From a virus, in the IMG/VR virus record IMGVR_UViG_3300046167_000554, positions 89,515-153,514 of that record: a DNA stretch of 64,000 nucleotides. The stretch is one strand, 5' to 3'. The stretch's first letter is position 1. The number at the start of each line of letters is the position of its first letter. This document shows positions 1 to 10,058 of the stretch, piece after piece. Both the position numbers and the translations under genes were made by a program. The notes beneath the pieces were generated by a model. The model saw only the letters and a list, made by a program, of their open reading frames with translations. It was not told where the DNA came from and ran no database searches.

Positions 1-2
1 CA

Positions 3-2738
3 GTAGTTTCATCAGAGGTATCTGCAACTTCTAATGGTTCATGGAGTGGAGACCCATCACAAGGTGGTGAATGGGTAGCAGGACTTGAGATTACTAGAGA
101 GATTACAGAGACACCTGAAATACAAACAAGAACAGGTGTAACTACAAGTGTTGTAGAAGATATTGTTGAAACAAGAAACGATAGAATTGTAAGTGTTGCA
201 CTTATACCTTTCATTCGTTCAAGAACGATTGAGATTGATGCAACAAACTTGAAACCAAATTCAAACCATTACTTCTACTTCGATAATATTGCAGTAGACA
301 AATATGTTAGACCACATAGTGCAACATATTCACAAGACAGTGGTGTAACAACAACATCATATTGTAAAACAGATGGTAATGGTAGACTTAGAGCATTCTT
401 TACAATACCTAATAATGATACAGAAAGGTTCCCAACAGGACAAAGAGAGTTAAGAGTAACATCTTCTTTCTATAACCTAAGTAACCCTGCGTCTAATGGT
501 AGTGGAATGTATCAAGCACAAGGATTATTGCAATCATCACAAACAGAGATTACTGCTACAAGAAATGGTAGAGTTATTCTTGACAGAGTTAGGGGTGAGA
601 GAACAATTAATAGAAGAGGTGAAAGACTTGCAACATCAACATTTGATGAGAATGCACCACCAATACCAGTTGACCAAACACCACCAATTCTTGACCCAAT
701 TGATGAGTTACCACCAGTACCACCTAGAGGGCCACAATTACCACCACCACCGCCACCGCCACCACCAATCGTGCCACCAATATTACCACCAGTAATTGAT
801 AGACCAGTGCCGATAGAACTACCAATCATAATAGACGATAGGGGCCCTAATGTCAGAGACTTCGTGTTAGTACCTGATGGAAGGTTTGTGAGTTCAAGAT
901 TAGAAAGAGGTTGGGGTGACCCACTTGCACAATCATTCTTGGTTGAAGCAGCGGGTGGAATGATGATGTCATCAATAGACATATTCTTCCAATCAAAAGA
1001 CGCTAACTTACCAGTATCAGTAGATATAAGAAACATGGTAAATGGATATCCTGGCCAGACAATATTACCATTCTCAACAGTGACTAAAAATCCTGAAGAT
1101 GTTAATGTCTCAGAAGATGGTGCAACTGCAACAACATTTACATTTGACTCACCAGTTCTTCTAGAAGAAGATTGTGAATATTGTTTCGTAGTATACTCAA
1201 ACTCAAATGAATATGAGTGTTTCATATCTAGAATGGGTGAAACAGACCTTGCAACAAGTCAAACAATTAGTGGACAACCATACGCAGGTTCGTTGTTTAT
1301 GTCTCAGAATGCATCCACATGGACTGCAGAACAGACTGATGACCTCAAGTTTAACATGAAGATTGCTAAATTTGATACATCTAAAACCCCTGTATTATAC
1401 TTTGAAAATAATGACTTGTCAAGTGCAAAATTACAAGAGAGTCCAATAGAAACATTTAGTGGACAAACATATGTTAAGGTATACAACTATATGCATGGTA
1501 TGTACAACACTGCATCTAATGTAACACTTTCGGGTGTAACAGGAGATAAGACAGGTTGTGTTATGACTATAGGAACACCTAGTGTAACAGGAACACCTAA
1601 TAATGGAACCTTTACGGGTAAAGCATCAACAGGTGGAACAGGAACAGGATTGACATTCGATATAACTGTAGTTGACAATGCAATAACAAGTTGTACAATT
1701 GCAACTACTGGAAGTGGATATACAGCTGCAGACTCAATCACTATTACAGATTTTGATGGTGCAACTACAGCTGATGCAACTGTAACAGTAAGTACTGTTG
1801 AAGACACATTAGGTGGAATACCAGTTAATGCAATTAACAAAACATTTACTACAATTGCAAATATGGGTATCGACTCATTCACTGTAGTACCCGACTTGTC
1901 ACCATATAACCTTAAAACAAGTTATGCATCTGATGACTCAACATTGGGTGGTGGTGCAAATGTAATGTCAACACGAAACTATTACTTTGATGCAATTCAT
2001 ACAATGATACCAAATGTTCAATTAAAGAACACTAATATCTTTGTTGCAGTTAAGACAACCCCTATGAATTCACCTGAAGGGTCAATCAGTGGAACAGTAT
2101 ATTCTAGAAGAACAAGTTCAGAGTTTATAACACTGAATGATAACGTGTTCTTTGATTCACCAAGTATTATTGCATCTCCAATTAATGAAGTAAGTGAAAT
2201 GTCAAGTACTAAATCATTTGAATGTGCAGTACAATTACAATCATACAACCCTAATTTATCCCCAATTATTGATACAGGGTCTATTGGTGCAATTGCAATT
2301 GCAAACAGACTAAACAACATAGATACCAGTGCAGATGTACCTACAGGAACCACGTATGTGAGTTCTAACGAACCCGAAGGAGATAACAATGCAATGGTGT
2401 ACGTCACACGTAAGGTGAACCTTAAAACACCTGCTAGTTCAATTAGAGTAACAGCAGATGTCTTTAGACCACCTACAACAGATGTGAAGTTTATGTATAA
2501 GATTATTAAGAACGATGAAGACACACCATTAGATGATATCGGTTTCTCATACTTTAATACAGATGGTTCACCCGATATATCAACAGAAGCAGATGCAAGA
2601 AACTTTAAAGAATATGAATTCACTGCAGATGATTTGCCTGAGTTTAGTTCATTCATTATTAAAATCGTAGGACAAGGAGAAAGTACATCAGTAGTACCAT
2701 TGGTATCTGCATTGAGATGTATTGCACTTGCAACGTAA
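3..2738 (+). CDS. Large baseplate/virion structural protein (VrlC/DUF4815-like), 5'-truncated by window edge
   Basis: Frame is open from nt 3. C-terminal 'DPLAQSF...SIDIFFQSKD..LPVSVDIR..NGYP' and 'SQNASTWTA.QT.DLKF' blocks resemble large structural proteins of marine T4-like phages. Poly-Pro insert at ~655-830. Confidence 0.7.
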   Translation, partial: VVSSEVSATSNGSWSGDPSQGGEWVAGLEITREITETPEIQTRTGVTTSVVEDIVETRNDRIVSVALIPFIRSRTIEIDATNLKPNSNHYFYFDNIAVDKYVRPHSATYSQDSGVTTTSYCKTDGNGRLRAFFTIPNNDTERFPTGQRELRVTSSFYNLSNPASNGSGMYQAQGLLQSSQTEITATRNGRVILDRVRGERTINRRGERLATSTFDENAPPIPVDQTPPILDPIDELPPVPPRGPQLPPPPPPPPPIVPPILPPVIDRPVPIELPIIIDDRGPNVRDFVLVPDGRFVSSRLERGWGDPLAQSFLVEAAGGMMMSSIDIFFQSKDANLPVSVDIRNMVNGYPGQTILPFSTVTKNPEDVNVSEDGATATTFTFDSPVLLEEDCEYCFVVYSNSNEYECFISRMGETDLATSQTISGQPYAGSLFMSQNASTWTAEQTDDLKFNMKIAKFDTSKTPVLYFENNDLSSAKLQESPIETFSGQTYVKVYNYMHGMYNTASNVTLSGVTGDKTGCVMTIGTPSVTGTPNNGTFTGKASTGGTGTGLTFDITVVDNAITSCTIATTGSGYTAADSITITDFDGATTADATVTVSTVEDTLGGIPVNAINKTFTTIANMGIDSFTVVPDLSPYNLKTSYASDDSTLGGGANVMSTRNYYFDAIHTMIPNVQLKNTNIFVAVKTTPMNSPEGSISGTVYSRRTSSEFITLNDNVFFDSPSIIASPINEVSEMSSTKSFECAVQLQSYNPNLSPIIDTGSIGAIAIANRLNNIDTSADVPTGTTYVSSNEPEGDNNAMVYVTRKVNLKTPASSIRVTADVFRPPTTDVKFMYKIIKNDEDTPLDDIGFSYFNTDGSPDISTEADARNFKEYEFTADDLPEFSSFIIKIVGQGESTSVVPLVSALRCIALAT

Positions 2739-2944
2739 TGGGAGTAAAGGTAGACGGACACTCAAAACTAGAACGAGATGAGAGTTCACACGCAATAGTT
2801 AATACTGATATGGAACAGTATAGACTTGCAAAGAAACGAAAAGAAGTATTTCATAATCAAAAAAATGAAATAAATACATTAAAGGAAGAAGTATCTGAAA
2901 TAAAAGGACTTCTTCAGAATATTTTAGGAAAATTAAATGGCTAA
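2738..2944 (+). CDS. Small conserved T4-like hypothetical protein with coiled-coil C-terminus
   Basis: ATG overlaps the upstream TAA; MGVKVDGHSKLERD...SHAIVNTD. Confidence 0.7.
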   Translation: MGVKVDGHSKLERDESSHAIVNTDMEQYRLAKKRKEVFHNQKNEINTLKEEVSEIKGLLQNILGKLNG

Positions 2945-4190
2945 GACTGTAGACACATTCAGTACTATTGAAGACTTCAGAGTCAGGTATAACGAACTTG
3001 CAACTGATGTCGGAGATAAGTCGGGACTAAGAACTCAACAAACGGGTACTATTATTGATGCTGTAAATTCTATAGAAGATAAATCATTCTTCTTCCAAGA
3101 GTTTATTTACAATGTAACATCATCACAAACAGTATTCAATGGAGACGATGCATTTGATAATTCCTTACTTTTCAGAAGAGATAGAATTCAAGTATTCCAT
3201 ATAGATGGTGGAGTAAGTAAACACTTACTAGAGGGTAATGACTACTCTATTGCATCACCTGATGGAAATCTTCATAAAGAAATTCAATTAAACGTAGCTG
3301 CAGAAAGTGGAGATAAACTAGTTGTTTACTCATTCACTGGTTCTTACTTAGGAACTGTTTCAAGTGGAACAGGTGCAGTTGGATACTTCTCAGAAACATC
3401 TGCAAACACAATCTATAATAACAATGATAGTGGAATAATTTTAAATGGAACTTCAGTAGGAAGAACTACAGCACTTGAATCAGGTTATGAAATACAATTA
3501 GCAGGTGAAACATACGTAGAAGATAACGTAACACTTGCAACAAGTAAGACACTTACTGCACCTACTTTGACTACAGGTGGTGCATCTATTACAGGAACAA
3601 CTGGAACAGGATTTACAAACATAACATCCACATTGTTTAGTGGTAATGTTAATGGTACAACTGCAACCTTATCGGGTACAGTTACTGGTGGTTCTTTAAC
3701 AGATGGTACTTTAACTTCTACAGGTGGTACTATTACTGGTGCAGCTTCTATTACATCTACAAAATTCGTAGGTGATGTCTATAAGGATGATGGAACCACA
3801 AAGATTTTAGAAAACTCAACGGGTGCATTGACTGGTACAGTATCTAGTTTATCAAACCATGATACCGATGACCTTTCAGAAGGTACTGCAAAATTCTTTA
3901 CTGATGCAAGAGCAAGAAGTGCAATTAGTGTTGGTGGAGATTTAACATATAATAGTAGTACAGGTGTGATTTCCTTTACTCAAACTGAAGGTGATATCAC
4001 TGCAATTACTACAAATAGTAGTAGTGGTTTGTCAGGTGGAGTCACAGTAGGAGCAGCTTCTTTGTCTGTAAATACATCGAATGGTGTGAAAAAAGTAAGT
4101 AATAATGTAGTTTTAGATTATGAGACTGTAAGTTCTGCACCAAGTAGTGTTGGTTCAACTTCAACTGGTCACTTATGGTTTGTGATATGA
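2937..4190 (+). CDS. Tail fibre-like structural protein
   Basis: T/G/S-rich, 'DTDDLSEG..KFFTDARAR' fibre repeat, C-terminal 'SSAPSS..STGHLWFVI'. Confidence 0.65.
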   Translation: MAKTVDTFSTIEDFRVRYNELATDVGDKSGLRTQQTGTIIDAVNSIEDKSFFFQEFIYNVTSSQTVFNGDDAFDNSLLFRRDRIQVFHIDGGVSKHLLEGNDYSIASPDGNLHKEIQLNVAAESGDKLVVYSFTGSYLGTVSSGTGAVGYFSETSANTIYNNNDSGIILNGTSVGRTTALESGYEIQLAGETYVEDNVTLATSKTLTAPTLTTGGASITGTTGTGFTNITSTLFSGNVNGTTATLSGTVTGGSLTDGTLTSTGGTITGAASITSTKFVGDVYKDDGTTKILENSTGALTGTVSSLSNHDTDDLSEGTAKFFTDARARSAISVGGDLTYNSSTGVISFTQTEGDITAITTNSSSGLSGGVTVGAASLSVNTSNGVKKVSNNVVLDYETVSSAPSSVGSTSTGHLWFVI

Positions 4191-4191
4191 T

Positions 4192-5499
4192 ATGTCAGAC
4201 GAAATATATTTAAATACTGGTACAACGATACAACAGCCCTATCAAGCGCAAGGGCCTGCTAACGCACAACAACCCGTTATTGCACAACAGGTTAGAAACT
4301 ATACTGCTAATGCAAGACAACCTAGTGAGTATCAGACTCGTACACCATTTACATATAGAAATCCAAGTAATGCACGTCAACCTAGTATAAGGAATACACA
4401 AAGTCCCTTTACATATGCAAGACAAGGTCAATCACCATTTACGTATAACTTTAGGTCACCTAGTACATATACAAGACAGGGTCAAACACCATTTACATAC
4501 AGTCATAGACAACCTATAACATATGCAAGACAGGGTCAAACACCATTTACGTATGATTATCAGTCACCTTCAACATATAGAACCCCTGTAAATCAACAAG
4601 AACCTAATATAAGGAGTAAACAATCTCCTTTTACATATGGTCATCCAGCAGCTGCCCAATCACCTTTTACATATAACTATAGAAGTCCGTTTACGTATCA
4701 AAGAACTGGTCAGTCACCATTTACATATCAAGCAACTGGGACAACACCAGTGATATACAGTTACCAACAACCTTTTCCGTATATTGCAAATGGACAGCAA
4801 CCAAACATAAGGAATGCACAACAACCATATCCATATAGTACTACACAAGCATCTTCCCATCAGCAACCAAATTTAGCAAGTGGAAGACAACCTTACATAT
4901 ATGCAGCGTACACTTATCACAATACTGGTTCTACAGGAACTACTGCCCCAGTATATCAAATAGATGTTAGTTCACAAGACCAAAATGATGCGAATGCTTA
5001 TATTTGGGTTAAAACTGTAGGAAGTAATTTAGAAGTATATGTATCTGCAAACTTCGACAATTATGCTGACTTTACATCAACAAGTGGTGGCAGTGGGACT
5101 ATAAGTACTAACACTAATTATAAAGTTGCAACATTGGTAGATGGAGCTGGGTATAAAGTAAGATATACAGCAGGTAGTTACTATAATATAACACAAGAGG
5201 GTGGTGAACCTACAGTAATAGGATTAGTACTAGCAAGTAATGTTCCAAACTCAACCAGTACAACTGGTGGTGTTACTATAGGAACAAACTCACTTTGGGG
5301 GTCAGGTAGTGTTCATTATGTACGTTCTAGAGTTCGTGCTTTGCCAGATGAAGGATTTGAAGGAATCGGAAGTGCTGGTGCGTCTGTAGATATAAATCTA
5401 TTCTTTGATAAAACAGGAGCTACAACTATCTCATACCCAATTTCAATGATGTGTGAAACAGATTTCCCTGAAGAGGAAGAAGAGGAAGAAGGAGTATAA
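4192..5499 (+). CDS. Pro-punctuated repeat protein A (repeat arm plus C-terminal globular domain); partner of 5503
   Basis: PFTY/PNIR/PYPY units at 4273-4890, then a non-repetitive ~200 aa domain and acidic tail FPEEEEEEEGV. Confidence 0.8.
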   Translation: MSDEIYLNTGTTIQQPYQAQGPANAQQPVIAQQVRNYTANARQPSEYQTRTPFTYRNPSNARQPSIRNTQSPFTYARQGQSPFTYNFRSPSTYTRQGQTPFTYSHRQPITYARQGQTPFTYDYQSPSTYRTPVNQQEPNIRSKQSPFTYGHPAAAQSPFTYNYRSPFTYQRTGQSPFTYQATGTTPVIYSYQQPFPYIANGQQPNIRNAQQPYPYSTTQASSHQQPNLASGRQPYIYAAYTYHNTGSTGTTAPVYQIDVSSQDQNDANAYIWVKTVGSNLEVYVSANFDNYADFTSTSGGSGTISTNTNYKVATLVDGAGYKVRYTAGSYYNITQEGGEPTVIGLVLASNVPNSTSTTGGVTIGTNSLWGSGSVHYVRSRVRALPDEGFEGIGSAGASVDINLFFDKTGATTISYPISMMCETDFPEEEEEEEGV

Positions 5500-5502
5500 A
5501 CC

Positions 5503-6324
5503 ATGCCTACAGGACAACAGCCATATATATACCAACACCAAATCGTGTTCCAACAGGTAACTATTACTGAGCTTCAAGGACAGTCTCCTTTTACTTATCA
5601 ACATCAGTCTCCTTTTACTTATCAAAATTCAGGAAGAAATCCTATTGCTAATGTATCTGCACAACAACCTTTTCCGTATATTGCAAATGGACAGCAACCT
5701 TATCCATATATTGCAAATGGACAAGAACCAAACATAAGGAATGCACAACAACAGTTCTTTTATCAAGACCAAAGGAATGCAAGACAACCTATTATCTATC
5801 AACATAGGTCTCCACTTACATATAGAAATCCTGTTAATGCACAAAATCCTATAAGTGGAGTTAATGCACAACAACCTTACCCTTACATTGCAAATGGTCA
5901 AAGTCCATATATTGCAGATGCACAACAACCATATCCGTATACTGCAAATGCACAAAATCCAAGTATCGAATCTGCACAACAACCTTATCCATATATTGCA
6001 AATGCAAGAAACCCTAGTACATATCAACATAGGTCTCCACTTACGTATAGGAATCCTGTATCGGGTCAACAACCTCATATTGTAAATAAACAATCACCAT
6101 TTTTCTATACAGGTTCTTACCAAGTAGCGTATGCATATAGAAGTCCATTCATTGCACAAGTGCAACAACCCTCAACTAGACCTGTAGGCCCAGTTGCAAA
6201 AGTAAAAGGAATATACCGAAATAATAACGGAACTGTAGAGAAAGTAAACCAAGTATATGTAAATGATGGTGGTTCTTTAGAAAAAATTCATCAATCTGTA
6301 CCTACTGCTCAGTTTCAGAAATAA
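5503..6324 (+). CDS. Pro-punctuated repeat protein B; antiparallel complement of A
   Basis: Repeat units at 5521-6144; C-terminal 'VKGIYRNNNG..VNQVYVNDGG' adaptor-like motif. Confidence 0.8.
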   Translation: MPTGQQPYIYQHQIVFQQVTITELQGQSPFTYQHQSPFTYQNSGRNPIANVSAQQPFPYIANGQQPYPYIANGQEPNIRNAQQQFFYQDQRNARQPIIYQHRSPLTYRNPVNAQNPISGVNAQQPYPYIANGQSPYIADAQQPYPYTANAQNPSIESAQQPYPYIANARNPSTYQHRSPLTYRNPVSGQQPHIVNKQSPFFYTGSYQVAYAYRSPFIAQVQQPSTRPVGPVAKVKGIYRNNNGTVEKVNQVYVNDGGSLEKIHQSVPTAQFQK

Positions 6325-6329
6325 TTCTG

Positions 6330-6337
6330 TATAAATA
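6330..6337 (+). promoter_or_regulatory. T4-type late promoter TATAAATA
   Basis: Exact gp55 consensus just upstream of ATG 6343. Confidence 0.8.
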
Positions 6338-6342
6338 GTTAT

Positions 6343-6675
6343 ATGGCTATACTTGCAAACTTATTCATCGACCAAGGCACCGACTTTTCTATTACTGTAG
6401 ATGTAACAGATAGTAATGGTGAAATTTTAAATATGTCAGGATATTCTTCTGCTGGTCAAATTAGAAAGACTTATGAGTCTTCAACAGTAAGTGCAACATT
6501 CACCACTTCTATATCTGCAGCTGCTGGTCAAGTTACCTTATCTTTAAATGATACAGTAACATCAGCATTAGGTGCTGGAAGATATGTTTATGACCTAAAC
6601 GTCACATCAAGTGGTGGAGTTACAACAAGAGTAGTTGAAGGACAAGCAATTGTAACGCCAGGTGTAACGAGGTAA
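6343..6675 (+). CDS. Conserved Ig-like virion protein
   Basis: 'NLFIDQGTDFS...GRYVYDL...RVVEG..IVTPGVT' pattern typical of T4-like structural regions. Confidence 0.7.
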   Translation: MAILANLFIDQGTDFSITVDVTDSNGEILNMSGYSSAGQIRKTYESSTVSATFTTSISAAAGQVTLSLNDTVTSALGAGRYVYDLNVTSSGGVTTRVVEGQAIVTPGVTR

Positions 6676-6678
6676 ATC

Positions 6679-6918
6679 ATGGCAATAAAAGGAACATTAA
6701 GTAGAGTAGCAACCATAGGTGGTAGAGTCGCAGGTGCAACCAATGTCCGTGCAAAACAAGTAGCAATCGGAACTGGTGCTGGTGCAGACCTTTCTGCAAA
6801 ATCAATCAACGACCTTGCAGACGTAACTGCATCTGAAACAGATGACGGACTCTTATCATATGATGCAACATCAGATAAATGGACTACGACTACAGTTTTA
6901 GATGGTGGAACATTCTAA
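6679..6918 (+). CDS. Short fibre-associated protein ending LDGGTF
   Basis: 'INDLADV..DGLLSYD...KW' motif; DGGTF C-terminus shared with neighbours. Confidence 0.65.
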   Translation: MAIKGTLSRVATIGGRVAGATNVRAKQVAIGTGAGADLSAKSINDLADVTASETDDGLLSYDATSDKWTTTTVLDGGTF

Positions 6919-6944
6919 AACACTAAATAACTATACAAATCAAG

Positions 6945-7031
6945 GATACCAACCAGTGAAGGTATCGACCCTCATAGTGAGAGGATAGAATTTTATATAT
7001 TATGTAATCACGACCTCGACAGTGACAGGTC
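6945..7031 (+). promoter_or_regulatory. Putative structured 5' leader: three hairpins with AGTGA in the loops
   Basis: GATACC-aaccAGTGAa-GGTATC; CCTC-atAGTGA-GAGG; GACCT-cgacAGTGAc-AGGTC; lies downstream of CTAAATA (6923). Confidence 0.5.
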
Positions 7032-7066
7032 ATTTAAAATAACTCAATTTTTATAGGAAAATAAAA

Positions 7067-8683
7067 ATGGCAACAGTAATTCAAATTAAAAGAAGTACAG
7101 CGTTATCAGCACCAGCAATCTCAGATTTAGCAGAAGGTGAATTAGCGTACGTACAGGATAGAGCGAATTCAGGTGCTGGAGCAAAATTATACATCGAATC
7201 TGTAGATTCTGATAACAGTACTCCATTAATACAAGCCATCGGTGGTAAGTATTATACGGATATGTTAGCAGGTTCTTCTGCAACTCCTGCCAACTTTAAA
7301 GTTGGTAATGGTTCAACAGCAGGTGCAAGTGTACAATTAATGGAAGACTCAGACAACGGAACAAACTTTGTTGCGTTGAAAGCTGCAGATACATTAGGTG
7401 CTTCAACAACTTTCGTTCTACCAACAGCAGATGGTAGTGCAAACCAAGTCATCGGTACAGATGGTTCAGGTAACTTATCATTCTTATCAACAACATCAAC
7501 ACTAGCAGGTGCAACGGATTCAGATATTTCTTCTCCAACAGGTGGACAACTACTTGTTCATGACGGAAGTAATTCTTTTGACAACGTATCAATGAGTGGT
7601 GACGTTACTATGGCATCTAGTGGTGCAGTAACAATCGGAAACGATAAAGTTACAACTGCTAAGATTCTAGACAGTAATGTAACAGTAGGAAAAATCGACT
7701 TCTTAGTAGACGAAGACAATATGGCTTCTGACTCTGCAGTCAAAGTTCCTTCTCAGCAATCTGTTAAAGCATATGTAGATTCACAAGTAACAGCACAGGA
7801 CTTAGACCTTGCTGGTGATAGTGGAACTGGTGCAGTCGACTTAGACTCTCAGTCAATCACATTTACTGGTGGAACTGGTGTAACAACTTCTGTTTCAGGT
7901 CAAGCAGCGACTTTCGCTATTGGTCAGGCAGTTGCAACAACATCTAACGTAACTTTCAACAACGTAGACGTTGATGGAACACTTACATCTGATGACATCA
8001 CATCTACAAACATTGCAGCTTCAGGAAACTTAACTGTTTCAGGAAACTTGACAGTAAACGGAACAACAACAACAGTTAACTCTACAACAGTAGAAATTGA
8101 TGACCCTGTATTTGAAATCGGTGAAGGAACTTCAGACGATAACTTAGACAGAGGTATCAAATTCAACTGGCACAATGGTTCAGCTGCTAAAGTTGGTTTC
8201 TTTGGTTTAGACGATTCAACTGGTAAATTCACATTTATCCAAGATGCAACAGACACATCTTCAGTCTTCTCAGGAAGTGCTGGTAATGTAGCATTTGGTG
8301 GAATAGAAGGTACTGGTCTTGCATTAAGTGGTTCAATTACATCTATCGATGGTGCAGCTCCAACAGCTGGACAGTTAATGGTTGGTAATGGTACTAACGG
8401 AGATATGGAACTTGCAACTTTAACTGCTGGTGAAGGTATTGACGTAACTAATGCAGATGGTGCTATCACTATTGCTTCTGAAGTCGGTACTGCTTCTAAC
8501 CTAGGTGCTGTTATTATTGCAGCTGCTGAAGGTATGGACGTATCTTACTCAGGTGGAACTGCAACAATTAGTGCCGAAGACGCAACTGATTCAAACAAAG
8601 GTATTGCAAGTTTTGCTTCTGCTAACTTTACAGTATCTAGTGGTGCAGTTACAGTCACTGGTATTGACGGCGGAACATTTTAA
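7067..8683 (+). CDS. Tail fibre protein with Mtd-N-like N-terminus
   Basis: MATVIQIKRS...P..L.EGELA N-terminus; 'GNLTVNGTTTTVNST' motif; ends IDGGTF. Confidence 0.75.
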   Translation: MATVIQIKRSTALSAPAISDLAEGELAYVQDRANSGAGAKLYIESVDSDNSTPLIQAIGGKYYTDMLAGSSATPANFKVGNGSTAGASVQLMEDSDNGTNFVALKAADTLGASTTFVLPTADGSANQVIGTDGSGNLSFLSTTSTLAGATDSDISSPTGGQLLVHDGSNSFDNVSMSGDVTMASSGAVTIGNDKVTTAKILDSNVTVGKIDFLVDEDNMASDSAVKVPSQQSVKAYVDSQVTAQDLDLAGDSGTGAVDLDSQSITFTGGTGVTTSVSGQAATFAIGQAVATTSNVTFNNVDVDGTLTSDDITSTNIAASGNLTVSGNLTVNGTTTTVNSTTVEIDDPVFEIGEGTSDDNLDRGIKFNWHNGSAAKVGFFGLDDSTGKFTFIQDATDTSSVFSGSAGNVAFGGIEGTGLALSGSITSIDGAAPTAGQLMVGNGTNGDMELATLTAGEGIDVTNADGAITIASEVGTASNLGAVIIAAAEGMDVSYSGGTATISAEDATDSNKGIASFASANFTVSSGAVTVTGIDGGTF

Positions 8684-8708
8684 TAACGTTTAATACTAGG
8701 AGACCATA

Positions 8709-9536
8709 ATGGCAACAGTAATTAATTTTAAAAGAAGTTCGACTCAGAATTCAGTCCCAGCTACATCCGATTTATCATTGGGTGAAGTTGCGATTAATAC
8801 CTATCATGGTAGAATGTATACTGAGAAGAATGACGGGTCAGCATCGATTACAGAAATCGGTTCTAACCCTGCTTCTTTAACTGTTAATGATGCTTTTAGT
8901 TTTCCTACATCAGATGGTAGTTCTAATCAGATTTTGCAGACAAATGGAAGTGGAACAGTATCTTGGGCTTCACAAGCTAGTTCAGGTATTGTAATATTCA
9001 CATATTCTATTGGGTCTACAACAACTACAGTAACTGGGAATGACGATAGTTCAAACTCATTATTGTATAGTGCTGGTACAGAACAGGTATTCTTGAATGG
9101 TGTTAAGTTGATAGATGGTGGAACCGATTATACGGCCACTAACTCAACTACAATTACACTTGAAGAGAATGCATTATCAGGTGATGTCATCGAAGTAGTA
9201 GCAATAACAGCTGCAGCTAACCTTGTTCAAGGTTACTATACTGCAAGTAGTTATTCTGCAACGACAGCTGACCAAGTATTATCATCTAATGCAATTGCAA
9301 ACAAAGGCATTAAATATGTGCTTAACGCAACTCATGCCTCAGCAGGCACACACGCTGCAGAGGTTTTATTAATTAATGATGGTTCTAGTGCATACTTCGT
9401 TCAATACGGAGATGTGTACTCTAATTCATCGTTGTTCAGTTTGACTGCTGATGTTGATTCAGGAAATATGAGACTTCTCGTAACTCCTGCCAACACCAAC
9501 ACGACAATTGATACGTTCCAAATTAGACATTCTTAA
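8709..9536 (+). CDS. Tail fibre-associated protein
   Basis: MATVINFKRSS..P...L.LGEVAIN; 'VFLNGVKL...DYTATN'; C-terminal 'EVLLINDG...QYG' domain. Confidence 0.7.
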   Translation: MATVINFKRSSTQNSVPATSDLSLGEVAINTYHGRMYTEKNDGSASITEIGSNPASLTVNDAFSFPTSDGSSNQILQTNGSGTVSWASQASSGIVIFTYSIGSTTTTVTGNDDSSNSLLYSAGTEQVFLNGVKLIDGGTDYTATNSTTITLEENALSGDVIEVVAITAAANLVQGYYTASSYSATTADQVLSSNAIANKGIKYVLNATHASAGTHAAEVLLINDGSSAYFVQYGDVYSNSSLFSLTADVDSGNMRLLVTPANTNTTIDTFQIRHS

Positions 9537-9549
9537 GGGGGATTGAACT

Positions 9550-9960
9550 ATGGCAAAATCAAATGCATTTAAAATCGCAGAGTTAATAAGAGTCTTCTCT
9601 TACGATTCATCTGCTGATGTTATCACTACTTCTAAAGAACTAGATACTAAACATAGAACTTCAAGTTCTTTGACAACAACTGCAACTACAGAGGTAAATT
9701 TAGATACCTTTGCTCATGCTTCATATAGAGCAGCGAGATACATTGTAGCAATGTCAAGTGGTTCGGATTTCCATTCCACAGAAATAGTATTAGTACATGA
9801 CGGAAGTGCAGTGACGATGACACAGTATGGTACACTTAAATCTGCCTCTTTGGCATCATTTGATTCAGATATTTCTGGAACAGATGCGAGATTAAGAATA
9901 ACTCCAGCGTCAAGCAGTTCTACAGTAATTAATATTCATAGAGTATTAGTTTCAGCGTAA
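9550..9960 (+). CDS. Structural protein with 'YRAARY...EIVLVHDG...TQYG' domain
   Basis: Paralogous to the C-termini of 8709 and 10059. Confidence 0.65.
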   Translation: MAKSNAFKIAELIRVFSYDSSADVITTSKELDTKHRTSSSLTTTATTEVNLDTFAHASYRAARYIVAMSSGSDFHSTEIVLVHDGSAVTMTQYGTLKSASLASFDSDISGTDARLRITPASSSSTVINIHRVLVSA

Positions 9961-9980
9961 AACTTCTTTATATTATACGG

Positions 9981-10008
9981 AAAGGGGAACTTCGGTTCCC
10001 CTTTTTTT
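9981..10008 (+). terminator. Rho-independent terminator
   Basis: GGGGAAC-TTCG-GTTCCCC followed by T7. Confidence 0.9.
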
Positions 10009-10028
10009 GTTCTTTATTTCTCAAATGT

Positions 10029-10036
10029 TATAAATA
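10029..10036 (+). promoter_or_regulatory. Late promoter TATAAATA
   Basis: Exact consensus upstream of ATG 10059. Confidence 0.75.
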
Positions 10037-10058
10037 GTATAACACAAGAGATTCTTTT

